Shown here: positions 17,512 to 27,076 of the stretch, piece after piece
How positions within the stretch are numbered: position 1 is the first letter of the stretch
How the letters are laid out: each line of letters starts with the position of its first letter
Assembly (NCBI GenBank): GCA_964644695.1
Contig: CAZXWN010000001.1
Span: 62,001-118,868 of the forward strand
Source of the DNA: an uncultured bacterium
GTDB lineage: Bacteria; UBP4; UBA4092
Length of the DNA: 56,868 bases
Direction of reading: 5' to 3'
Position numbers and translations under genes: made by a program
Notes under the pieces: generated by a model
What the model was told of the DNA's origin: nothing
Database searches by the model: none
The model's input: only the letters and a program-made list of their open reading frames with translations

Positions 17512-19857
17512 TTATTTAGAGGTTCTCTTTGTATAAAGGATAGACAATATTGTGAGGATAAAGAAGCTAATTAATGTAATTCCTACACCTAAGTATAGTT
17601 TAACTGGGTAATATTTAAAAACAATAGTTGATGGAGTGTCAGGGACAATCACTCCTCTGAAAAGTTGATTTACAGTATAAATGGGAACAGGTTTACCATT
17701 TACAAAGGCTTTCCATCCAGGATAATTGTAATCATTCAAAACTAAAAGACCAGAGTTATTATTGTTTTTAGTAATAGTGACTTGTTGGTATTTGTACTTT
17801 GCGAAAGACAAACCATTGCTTGTAGTTTGATATGTATCCGAATTTGAGATGGCCGGTACATTATTACTTGATTCTAGAATAGGTATGTTTTTGTATTTTT
17901 GTGAAAGCAATAAATCAATTCCTTCATTCTGGTTGTTCACTTTTACCCATTGATTTGAAATATAAAGTCGAGGCCACCAGAAATTAATGAGATATACATT
18001 TGTGTGTGTTCCGCTATCAGAAAATACAAGTTTAAGATTCACATTATTCAGCGTTTGCTTAGTTATGATGTACTTTACGTTAGATTTTGCCAGGATATGG
18101 AGTCTCTCATCCAATGCTTTTTGTTGGGATGCTTCATCAATATTCCAATAGGCATTTTCCAATGGACCCAGCATCTGATAAAAACGCCAAATCCCACCTG
18201 TGTTTCCACAATGAAAACTCTCGATTCCATAGTATTCACTGATATTTCGGTAAAAGGTGTCATATTGATCTTGGACTTCTTTATTCGTACTCCACATTTG
18301 ATTTGTGAGAGTGTAAATACGAAATACAGATTTATCTTTGTGGATGAAATCCGCTATAGATGAGTTTTGTATAAGTATTTGAGGGGGGAACAATGCATTA
18401 AAATCAACCCTTAGAACTCTTGCAAAGAAAAAATAATCAAGAACCAGTACACATAAAATAACGGGAATGAATATCTTTGTTTTTAACTTATTATTAAAGT
18501 AAAGAGAAAATAAAAGAAGGGAAGCAATAATGAAAAATACTCTTTTAATGTTATCTCTACCGGAAATGGTGTCTCGGCTAATCATGTCTGGATGCCAGAA
18601 AAACAAGATAGCAATTCCAACAAAGGCTAAAAAGGAAAGTATATATATTGTAATTTTTAAATTTCCATTTATCAGTGTTTTTGTATTGTATTTGTCTATC
18701 AGGTGATTCAAAGTAAATCCAGTGATCATTGATATCCCTGCCAAGCTAAGGATAAGGAATCGCCCTGGACATCTTCCAAAATGTAAGATGGGTATGAATT
18801 TGTGAAGAGCAAATACAGGGTTGTACTTGCCAAGAGCCAGAAATAATCCAAATAGGAAAAATAACGAAAAGAACAGATTCCTTCTGGTCTTGGGTACAAG
18901 AAATAAGTATGTAATAAAAAATAATAATGGGATAATGCCCCAGTAAGCAGTAGTCTCTACAAAATTAGTATCGGAATGATGCTGATCAAATGCCTCAGGC
19001 TGTCCATAAAATAATGGAAATAAAAGCCTGATGAAATGGGCGGGTGAAACTGAGGCGTAGGTAACATTAACCCATGGATTATCAATAGCCCTGTATGATT
19101 GCCCTACTAATTCTTGCAATGTTAGCCCATATAGACAGCTTGCGGAGAGGAAGAATAAATTATATGAAATCAATATGTAAAACAATGTTTTCAATGAAGT
19201 ATCTTTTGTCTTAAAAAGACAGGCAAGTATATAGATATTAACAAGGACAAAGATATAGGTCATAATCTGTGGCTGTAACCATGAAAACATGAGCCCACCC
19301 AGAAGCCCAGTCCACCCAGCCCAAATCCAACTTCTCTTGCGAACAGTGGTCTCTGCCATTATCAATAACCAGGGTAGCCATGCCGGTATGTCTATGATCG
19401 TTGGGTGGTTAATTCTTACCAGCATGAAACCGCTGAAGGCTGCCGTTACTGCTGTTCCAAATGCCGCGATAGGCTGCATATCCAGATAACGGGCGTACAG
19501 ATAGAAACCGATTCCACAGAATAAAAATAAGAAAGTAATGTAGTAATTTATTGAAGCTACAAATGGAAAAAAGACAAAGAAGATATAAGTGAGTGGATAA
19601 AAGAAAGATGTTCCATAATCCGCATATATTGGATATCCTGCCAGCTGATAGGGACTCCATAAGGGAATTTGTCCTGAAAAGATACTTTCCCGAATAAAAT
19701 GCCTGAATGGAAGAATAATAGTACGGATGTCTCCTGAGAAATATATCCCCTTCATTCGGATGGCTTCATCAAAAAATAAACAAACCATTAAAAAGATTAG
19801 TCCCAGGTAGAAAAGGTCTTTTCGATGATTTGTACAAAATGTTTTAATTGAAGTCAT
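17512..19857 (-). CDS. YfhO-family membrane protein (GT-C-like glycosyltransferase)
   Basis: PLWSPYQLAGYP, multiple TM segments, C-terminal YPGWKAFVNGK...FRGV. ORF extends to 19896; start uncertain. Confidence 0.85.
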   Translation of the reverse strand: MTSIKTFCTNHRKDLFYLGLIFLMVCLFFDEAIRMKGIYFSGDIRTIILPFRHFIRESIFSGQIPLWSPYQLAGYPIYADYGTSFFYPLTYIFFVFFPFVASINYYITFLFLFCGIGFYLYARYLDMQPIAAFGTAVTAAFSGFMLVRINHPTIIDIPAWLPWLLIMAETTVRKRSWIWAGWTGLLGGLMFSWLQPQIMTYIFVLVNIYILACLFKTKDTSLKTLFYILISYNLFFLSASCLYGLTLQELVGQSYRAIDNPWVNVTYASVSPAHFIRLLFPLFYGQPEAFDQHHSDTNFVETTAYWGIIPLLFFITYLFLVPKTRRNLFFSLFFLFGLFLALGKYNPVFALHKFIPILHFGRCPGRFLILSLAGISMITGFTLNHLIDKYNTKTLINGNLKITIYILSFLAFVGIAILFFWHPDMISRDTISGRDNIKRVFFIIASLLLFSLYFNNKLKTKIFIPVILCVLVLDYFFFARVLRVDFNALFPPQILIQNSSIADFIHKDKSVFRIYTLTNQMWSTNKEVQDQYDTFYRNISEYYGIESFHCGNTGGIWRFYQMLGPLENAYWNIDEASQQKALDERLHILAKSNVKYIITKQTLNNVNLKLVFSDSGTHTNVYLINFWWPRLYISNQWVKVNNQNEGIDLLLSQKYKNIPILESSNNVPAISNSDTYQTTSNGLSFAKYKYQQVTITKNNNNSGLLVLNDYNYPGWKAFVNGKPVPIYTVNQLFRGVIVPDTPSTIVFKYYPVKLYLGVGITLISFFILTILSILYTKRTSK

Positions 19858-19926
19858 AGAGATTGCATCAAAAATAAAGATTAATTTGTTGAACAAACAT
19901 TGTCATACAATAGTATAACTATAAAT

Positions 19927-20922
19927 ATGAAAAAAATATCAGTAATTATCCCTTGCTATAACGCCAAAGATACTTTGGATGTTTGTCTGAAATCTATTAT
20001 GAACTGTAATGACCCGAATTATGAGGTGATCGTGGTTGATGACAGTTCTACGGACAATTCGCCAGATATAGTCTTAAGTTATCCCGATGTACGTTTGATA
20101 CAACCTGGGGAACGGCTTGGAGCCGGAGGTGCACGGGAGCGGGGGATACGTGATGCGCAGGGTGAAATTATTGTCTATACTGATTCTGACTGTGTTGTCC
20201 CTGTAGACTGGTTGAAGAAAGTAAGAATATATCTGACTCCCGATTTGGGCGGAATAGGTGGATTCTATGATGTCTGGCCAGAACAGAGTTTTATGGGACG
20301 ATTTGTAACTTATGATTACCGCAACTTCTGGTTTCGTTTTATCCCTGAATATCCGGATCATGTGGCTACGGGAAATTGTGCTTTTTGGAAGTCAGTTCTC
20401 CTCAATATTAATCAAAAACAAATTACTGAGACTTTCAAGGGCATGGCAGCCGCAGAAGATACCCTGTTGGGATTAGAGGTTTCAAAGACTCATAAATTAA
20501 GATATTATCCCGACTGGTATATTCGTCACATCTCACCTGAGAGTTTGAAAAATTACTGGGGAAAACAAAAAACTCGTGGATATAGCCGCATTATCATTTC
20601 ACAACTGCATTTTCATACCAAAGTACTGAAGACGCGTGATATATCTATGGGCCATGTTTTATGGCAGCTCCTGTCCTGTGCTGGAGTATGGTTATCGCCC
20701 ATCTTAATGATTATTAACTTTTATCTAGGTTTGATGAGTCTGTTGTTGATGGGATTATGGTTTATATTATTGCAGTGGAATCCATTGATATACATGTACC
20801 AACGGGAAAAAAGTATTGTATTTGTTGCCAAAAGCATACCGTTAATGTTTATTCGTAATACTGGATGGTGGGTTGGAGCAGTAAAGGCTGGTTGGCAGAT
20901 TATTCTATCTGTGTTGAAATAA
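19927..20922 (+). CDS. GT2-family glycosyltransferase with C-terminal TM helices
   Basis: ISVIIPCYN, VDDSSTD, TDSD (DxD), AEDT. Confidence 0.92.
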   Translation: MKKISVIIPCYNAKDTLDVCLKSIMNCNDPNYEVIVVDDSSTDNSPDIVLSYPDVRLIQPGERLGAGGARERGIRDAQGEIIVYTDSDCVVPVDWLKKVRIYLTPDLGGIGGFYDVWPEQSFMGRFVTYDYRNFWFRFIPEYPDHVATGNCAFWKSVLLNINQKQITETFKGMAAAEDTLLGLEVSKTHKLRYYPDWYIRHISPESLKNYWGKQKTRGYSRIIISQLHFHTKVLKTRDISMGHVLWQLLSCAGVWLSPILMIINFYLGLMSLLLMGLWFILLQWNPLIYMYQREKSIVFVAKSIPLMFIRNTGWWVGAVKAGWQIILSVLK

Positions 20923-20926
20923 GTAT

Positions 20927-22000
20927 ATGGACTTAGACCCTCGTACGATAAAAAATCTTCTTAATCCTCGAAAACCCTCCTATCTGGTGTTTTTCATCAC
21001 CAATAAGTGTAATGCCAGTTGTTTTCATTGTTTCTACTGGGAAAAAATAAAAGGCGGAGCCGGATCTCATCTCAATATAGATGAAATTCGGGATATTGCC
21101 CGACATCTGAAGGTTCTTCCTTATTTATTGTTATCAGGGGGAGAACCCTTTCTTCGAAAAGATATTCTCGATATCTGCAAGACATTCATTGAAGAATGTC
21201 ATACACGATTTATTACGATTCCCACGAATGCAATCCTGACTAAGGACATTGTACGATTCTCTGATGAGCTGACAAAGCAATATCCAGAAGTCAGTCTCAG
21301 AATCCAATTGTCTCTTGATGGGATTGGTGAAAAACATGATGAATTCAGGGGGCATAAGGGTAATTTCGCAAAACTGATGGAAACTCATGACCAGTTGGTT
21401 GAGCTACAAAAGCGGCGTGAAAATTTAAGCGTAGGTGTTGTAACCATATTGTGCAGGAAAAATTACCCCTGGTTGGATGAATTACTAGACTTTGTACATC
21501 ATAAAATGAAGGTCAACCAACATCATGTTGGATATCTTAGAGGGCAGGGACGGGCTGTCGGTGCTGAAGCCATCAGTGCGGATGAATTCAAAACAGCTCA
21601 GGAAAAATTATTGCAATATGGAGTCAAGGCTGACAATCGCCCTTTATGGACAGTTCTCCGGGCTGCCGCTCGACGAAATTCCAAAATACTGCATGAAACG
21701 ATACGGGATAACCATTTTGTTGTAGGGTGTAGAGCATTAGATAAATTCCTTGTACTTAATGAGGATGGTTATTTATATCCCTGCGAAATACTGGATAAAC
21801 CCTTAGGGAATGTTCGAGAGTATGCCTATAACATCCCTGAATTATTATCAACACCTCAAGCCTTGGAATTAAAGAAATGGATAAAGGATTCTCAGTGTTT
21901 CTGTACCTGGGAATGTGCTTTACACAATAATGTCATTTTTAATCCCAGCCAGGCTCCAAATCTGATTCGTGAATGGATTGGAGTTATGTCGGGTTTATAA
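20927..22000 (+). CDS. Radical SAM protein with C-terminal SPASM/twitch-like Cys region
   Basis: CNASCFHC, SGGEPF, SLDG, GC...YPCE...CFCTWEC. Confidence 0.9.
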   Translation: MDLDPRTIKNLLNPRKPSYLVFFITNKCNASCFHCFYWEKIKGGAGSHLNIDEIRDIARHLKVLPYLLLSGGEPFLRKDILDICKTFIEECHTRFITIPTNAILTKDIVRFSDELTKQYPEVSLRIQLSLDGIGEKHDEFRGHKGNFAKLMETHDQLVELQKRRENLSVGVVTILCRKNYPWLDELLDFVHHKMKVNQHHVGYLRGQGRAVGAEAISADEFKTAQEKLLQYGVKADNRPLWTVLRAAARRNSKILHETIRDNHFVVGCRALDKFLVLNEDGYLYPCEILDKPLGNVREYAYNIPELLSTPQALELKKWIKDSQCFCTWECALHNNVIFNPSQAPNLIREWIGVMSGL

Positions 22001-22015
22001 TAACTTCATCACGCT

Positions 22016-22984
22016 ATGGGAACAAACCAAAATCCACAACATAAAATTCTGGATGCCGGTACTGAACATTGTCGGTTGGTTTCTGATAAGGACAAAGTTC
22101 GTCAAGTTTGTTGGTTACAACATCCTCGACTGGCCCAATATATAAATCTCCAAATATCTGGGAATCCTCAAAAAGACTGGTTGGATTGGTTTAAAAGTGA
22201 GTATGCCTCCGTACCATTCAAAAACGGGCTTTCGATTGGGTGTGGAACCGGTCAGGTTGAGCGTGAGATGGTCATTAAGAAGATAGGCTTAACCTTTGAG
22301 GGGATTGATATCAATCCTGAATCGATTCAGACGGCCAGAACTGAAGCTCATAAAAATGGGATGTCTGATGTCTTGTCTTACCGTGTGGAAAATGTGGACC
22401 AACTTAAACTCCCTGCAAATAAATATGACATTATTTTCTGTTCACATTCTCTTCATCATGTATCAAAACTTGAGCGGGTCTTGAAACAAATCCGGCATAG
22501 TTTGAAACCAGGTGGAGTTTTTTTTATTAATGAGTATGTAGGGCCCTCCCAGTTCATTTTTACGGATGCACAATTATCTGCCATGAATGACTATTTAGCG
22601 GAGTTGCCTCCTTCCTATGTAAATAGCCTGAAAGAACCCGGTGTTCAAAAGAGGGAAGTGATTCGTCCGACCCGTGAATTCATGAACTCTGTGGACCCTT
22701 CTGAAGCAGTCCGTTCCGATGAGATCGTTCCTCTCATGAACAAATATTTCAAGATAGAACAACAAAAAAACTATGGAGGGACTCTTCTTCAGTTTGGTGT
22801 TGCGGATATCGTGGGTAATTTTGATCCGGACAAAATTGAAGACCAAATCTGGCTTGATCGGCTTTATGAAAAAGAGCAGTCTCTAATGAGGGCGGGAAAG
22901 ATTGGGTCTGATTTTACGGTGATAGTGGCCAGAATTCCAGATGATTATTCTTCAATTCAAAGATTCTGGGATGGTCTTTTTTAA
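22016..22984 (+). CDS. Class I SAM-dependent methyltransferase
   Basis: LSIGCGTG, GIDIN, SLHH, LKPGG, NEYVGP. Confidence 0.9.
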   Translation: MGTNQNPQHKILDAGTEHCRLVSDKDKVRQVCWLQHPRLAQYINLQISGNPQKDWLDWFKSEYASVPFKNGLSIGCGTGQVEREMVIKKIGLTFEGIDINPESIQTARTEAHKNGMSDVLSYRVENVDQLKLPANKYDIIFCSHSLHHVSKLERVLKQIRHSLKPGGVFFINEYVGPSQFIFTDAQLSAMNDYLAELPPSYVNSLKEPGVQKREVIRPTREFMNSVDPSEAVRSDEIVPLMNKYFKIEQQKNYGGTLLQFGVADIVGNFDPDKIEDQIWLDRLYEKEQSLMRAGKIGSDFTVIVARIPDDYSSIQRFWDGLF

Positions 22985-22993
22985 GAAGAGGAT

Positions 22994-24892
22994 ATGAGAA
23001 TGTCCCAGAAAACATGGTCTTTGGGTGTAAATCTTCTCTTCTTATTTTTGTTGATTCATCTTTTAATATTTACAGTATCCAGTGAATATCACTTTTATCG
23101 AATGGGACCGGATGGTTTAGAACATGCCCGAAGAATAGAACCTTTATCCCCGCTTATTGTTGTTTCCTCAAACTATTCCCTTTCTCAGAAGAAGATATCA
23201 GTGTATCACCAGGAAATGAATCGAAATTATGATTTTCCGGTAATAACTTCAACTCAAGGTATTCGTTATCTATACCCTGGGGGGCCATTAGGTCACTGGA
23301 TAGTTCCTGGAAGACCTCATAAAATCCAACTGGCTGCTCACACCAATATAAATACGAATGATGATATGTGGAGTCAGTTTTACCCTTTGACGAAAGGGAT
23401 TATGCAGAAGGCTCATCGGGTTTTCGTATATAACGGCAAACGCGCCGCAGGATATGGTGCCCCAGATACGATGCCCATCTTTTTAAGAGACAATGTCTAT
23501 CAATTATCGGGAAGCCGCTTTTTTGAGAAAGATTTGAAAAGTGCTCTTGAAGTTTTACTGGACAACCAACGCCCGAATGGTTCTTTCCCGGAATTTATCT
23601 GGAATAACCCCCAAACAGGTTTGGGGGAACTATATGATAACCTGGCGGAAGCAGATAATGAGTATTTGGCTGTTTGGGGAGTGTATCGAGTATGGCAGGC
23701 TACTGGGGATGACCAGTGGGTTATGAAATACCTTCCTAGCTTGGAAAAAGGACTACGGTACAGTATGACGGATCCATTCCGATGGTCTCCCGAATATGAA
23801 TTAGTAAAACGGCCATTTACCATTGATACCTGGGATTTCGAGTATCAGAATCCCGGTTACCCTTATAATCCTGAGAAGGCGAAACTCGGTATATTCCATG
23901 GAGACAATACCGGGATGTATCTTGCCTGTCATATCATGTCTGGATTTTACCGGGATATTGTGATGGATACCCAAAAATCGGCGCTATGGGAAACTCAGGC
24001 TGATAAATTCAAAAATAGAGTGAATCAGTATTTATGGAATGGCAGATTTTATCGACATCGATTGCCATTGACTCCGGTGGATGTTCCCGGTGTGAATCAG
24101 GATGAAATATTAAGTTTGAGTAATCCGATGGCTATAACTCGGGGAGTGGCTTCTCATCAACAGTCTGTACAGATTATCAAAGAATATCAATCCCGTAAGA
24201 ATCGAGCCTTTATAGAATGGTTTAGTATAGATCCTTATTTCCCTACGGGTAGTTTTGGTACGACAGGTGATTGGGCCCAATATGCCGGACAATATCTGAA
24301 TGGTGCCGTTATGCCGATAGTAGGAGGAGAGTTGTCCCGTGCATCCTTTGACCATGGATTTGAGTCCTATGGTGTCTCTAACCTGAAACGGTATTACTCT
24401 CTCATGACTGCCAATGATAAAGCCTGGCTTTGGTTTTGGAGAGATGGTAAACCCGGAGTGAACGACGCGAAAACCTTTACTGCAGATGGGTGGGGTGCTT
24501 CTTTAATGATGAATGCCTTCATGGAAGGATTGGTTGGCGTTCAGGATAAGGGTGGTCAATTCAAGAGGGTTCGATTTACCCCCCGTTGGTCTGGGGCAGG
24601 GGTTCATTCGGCTCGAGCTGTCCTCCGATATGAAGCCTCAACTCATTATCTTGCATACACATATAACGAGGATATGAGTAATCAGATTACGCAGATTCAA
24701 ATCACAGGTTCTGGTTCTATAGCCGATTTCTCTTTAATGATTCCCGATGGAATGACTGTCCAGAAAATCATTTTTAATGGGGAAAGCCAATTGTTTGACT
24801 TTACTTCGGTAGAATCGACTCGTTATGTCCATATCACTCCCACCGATTCTGGATTCGGCACTTGGACTTTTATCTGGGAAAAGACGAACTAA
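22994..24892 (+). CDS. Membrane-anchored or secreted six-hairpin glycosidase-like protein
   Basis: N-terminal TM/signal; FLRD, EADNE, LWNGRFY, YLNGAV, EGLVGV pattern typical of (alpha/alpha)6 glycosidases. Family not determined. Confidence 0.65.
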   Translation: MRMSQKTWSLGVNLLFLFLLIHLLIFTVSSEYHFYRMGPDGLEHARRIEPLSPLIVVSSNYSLSQKKISVYHQEMNRNYDFPVITSTQGIRYLYPGGPLGHWIVPGRPHKIQLAAHTNINTNDDMWSQFYPLTKGIMQKAHRVFVYNGKRAAGYGAPDTMPIFLRDNVYQLSGSRFFEKDLKSALEVLLDNQRPNGSFPEFIWNNPQTGLGELYDNLAEADNEYLAVWGVYRVWQATGDDQWVMKYLPSLEKGLRYSMTDPFRWSPEYELVKRPFTIDTWDFEYQNPGYPYNPEKAKLGIFHGDNTGMYLACHIMSGFYRDIVMDTQKSALWETQADKFKNRVNQYLWNGRFYRHRLPLTPVDVPGVNQDEILSLSNPMAITRGVASHQQSVQIIKEYQSRKNRAFIEWFSIDPYFPTGSFGTTGDWAQYAGQYLNGAVMPIVGGELSRASFDHGFESYGVSNLKRYYSLMTANDKAWLWFWRDGKPGVNDAKTFTADGWGASLMMNAFMEGLVGVQDKGGQFKRVRFTPRWSGAGVHSARAVLRYEASTHYLAYTYNEDMSNQITQIQITGSGSIADFSLMIPDGMTVQKIIFNGESQLFDFTSVESTRYVHITPTDSGFGTWTFIWEKTN

Positions 24893-24893
24893 C

Positions 24894-24920
24894 CACGGAG
24901 TTGCTCGGACCAGCTCCGTG
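24894..24920. repeat. REP-like palindrome, copy 2, between convergent genes
   Basis: CACGGAGTTG-CTCGGAC-CAGCTCCGTG. Confidence 0.75.
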
Positions 24921-24928
24921 AATTGTTC

Positions 24929-26929
24929 CTACTTAACAGGATCACTTAATGGAAAGAATGGGGCAGGGACTCGGGGAGAATTCTTTTTTACACTATAGAT
25001 GATTTGATTTCCATCCTGGCGGTATACTTCCTGAACCAAATCTGAATCAAATATCATTCCGTAGGGTTTACCCATCCAGTCGGGGTTAATTCGGACAATG
25101 TAATCAATCTTCATTTCTTTTAATAATTCCCAGGCTGTATCTCGGGATGTGGTGGTCATTAATTGTTCAGCTTTTGATAATCGGGCGGGTTGGCTATCAT
25201 CCATTGGCCCATGGAAAGGAATCATATTGACATAGACTTGTCTTCCAGATAATCCTGCCAGATAATACCAGGATTCCCAGGGACCACTCAAAAATACTGA
25301 TTTTTGAGTGGTGTTCGTTCTAATCCACCGAGCTAATGTCATTTCATTGTCGTTAAATTTGGGATGGCTGGACATAGAGAGAACACTCAATTCCATGACA
25401 TATCCATCTGAATCATCTTCCGCTCTGGTTTTGGGCTCCGGGTCTCCCGAATAGGGTGGAGGGAATAGAATTTGCTTTGCAAAGTGGACATATCGATTAG
25501 TCCCCGGTATCAATATGAGAGATAACCCTATTGTTATTATCATTCCATACCAATATACAGATTGGGGGAAACGGCGGAGAGGTTTTAGTTTTTCATAAGC
25601 CAGGACTACTCCATAATATAAACCCGTGGTAAATAATACCCCCTGGCCAATACCGTTGTATCTTTCGAAACGGTCAGGCTGGACGGAGAAATGTAATAAC
25701 GGCTCTGAAATTACATGGTGCCACCGTAAAAGATAATATGAAAGATAGGTACCCACTACTACCCAAACAAACCATTTATCTTTTGCTTTCCCTTTTCCAA
25801 GCACCCATCCCAATATGAGAATAAATACCAGGTCCACCAGATAAGGCATGCACATAAAGGTCCATACATCCCTTATGGAGTGTATGGGGGTTTCTATTTT
25901 ATAAACAGATCGTAACCAACTCCCCATGGGTGGAGAGAAGCCGTATTTCATGAAAAAAGGTACCCAATAGAGAGAGGATATGAGTCCAACTAAAACCAGG
26001 GATATTGTTATATGGGATATTTTTTGGATTGAATTCTTACCCATACAGAGATGGAGAAGCAGTACGACGAGATAGACAACGGTGGTGATATATCCTCCAT
26101 GAGGATATATCAATAAGGATAACCCAACTCCTATACCTGCAAATATTACACTTTTCGAATCCTCATTCAACCATAATAAAATCAATATTACAGATAGTAA
26201 AATTAAATAACTGAAGCCCTGGGGAGTGGATAGGGCGGGAAGGTCTATATACCATTTCATCAATAAACCAATACTGATGAATAAGAACAACGTTCCGCCA
26301 CCCTTTTCGGCAATTTTGTCCCCGATTTGCTTGATAAGGATTAATCCATATATCGTCCATAAAATGCCTGATGCAGACATGACTGTCGATATTTCCATTC
26401 CCATTATGAAATGGGCCATTCCCATTAAGACAGTCCAGACAGGTGGGTACCATGTGAAATGTCCTGGAATGATGTCGGTCATATAATTGAATCCGTTGAC
26501 CAGTAATTGAACCCGACCCATTCGGTCTATGGGATCTCCAGGCCATACCCCTTCCATCACATATATCCATCTTAGGTGTGGAATAAAGACAAAAAACAGG
26601 GCGGATAGAATAAATAGGAGGTCCCATCGAAGGGGTTTCTTGAACGCCAGGTACCCTCCAATGTAATCCTGCCGTAGATATTTCAAGGTATAAAGAAGAA
26701 TAATGAAATATACGGGAATGATAAACCAGACTTTGAAAAGTCCCGTCAAACTTAGGGAACATCCAAGAAGAGTATTAAACAATAAACTGGTGAGAAGCAG
26801 AATTACCCAGGATGCTTTTTTATTTTGAATATGAAAATATACATACCCTGGTGCCAGAGTAATCATTAAAAGGGCTGAATTTGCCCATAATAATTCTGCA
26901 ATACGAGTAATTAACTCCATCATTACCAA
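24929..26929 (-). CDS. Polytopic membrane protein, probable GT-C fold glycosyltransferase
   Basis: More than 12 TM segments, GD...YPP loop, C-terminal soluble domain (WIRTNT...IDYIV). Start uncertain (26920-26929). Confidence 0.6.
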   Translation of the reverse strand: MVMMELITRIAELLWANSALLMITLAPGYVYFHIQNKKASWVILLLTSLLFNTLLGCSLSLTGLFKVWFIIPVYFIILLYTLKYLRQDYIGGYLAFKKPLRWDLLFILSALFFVFIPHLRWIYVMEGVWPGDPIDRMGRVQLLVNGFNYMTDIIPGHFTWYPPVWTVLMGMAHFIMGMEISTVMSASGILWTIYGLILIKQIGDKIAEKGGGTLFLFISIGLLMKWYIDLPALSTPQGFSYLILLSVILILLWLNEDSKSVIFAGIGVGLSLLIYPHGGYITTVVYLVVLLLHLCMGKNSIQKISHITISLVLVGLISSLYWVPFFMKYGFSPPMGSWLRSVYKIETPIHSIRDVWTFMCMPYLVDLVFILILGWVLGKGKAKDKWFVWVVVGTYLSYYLLRWHHVISEPLLHFSVQPDRFERYNGIGQGVLFTTGLYYGVVLAYEKLKPLRRFPQSVYWYGMIITIGLSLILIPGTNRYVHFAKQILFPPPYSGDPEPKTRAEDDSDGYVMELSVLSMSSHPKFNDNEMTLARWIRTNTTQKSVFLSGPWESWYYLAGLSGRQVYVNMIPFHGPMDDSQPARLSKAEQLMTTTSRDTAWELLKEMKIDYIVRINPDWMGKPYGMIFDSDLVQEVYRQDGNQIIYSVKKNSPRVPAPFFPLSDPVK

Positions 26930-27039
26930 CCATTAGGAGTGATATTAAAGTGCTCGTTTATACGGTAGCAAAGCCATAGAATCTGGTCAAATTGTGAATT
27001 CCTACCGTGTCATAATGGCGTGTTTATGGGGTTTTAAAT

Positions 27040-27068
27040 TTGACAACAGGAGAAGCCGTCGGTACCAT
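27040..27068 (+). promoter_or_regulatory. Sigma70-type promoter, probably leaderless transcript
   Basis: TTGACA-17-TACCAT, 8 nt before ATG 27077; no SD sequence. Confidence 0.6.
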
Positions 27069-27076
27069 ATTAAAAT

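Noticed and set aside
26163-26762. 199 aa alternative-frame ORF inside the GT-C-like gene
   Set aside because: Fully nested in a longer coherent CDS, with no recognisable motif or RBS; likely a shadow ORF.
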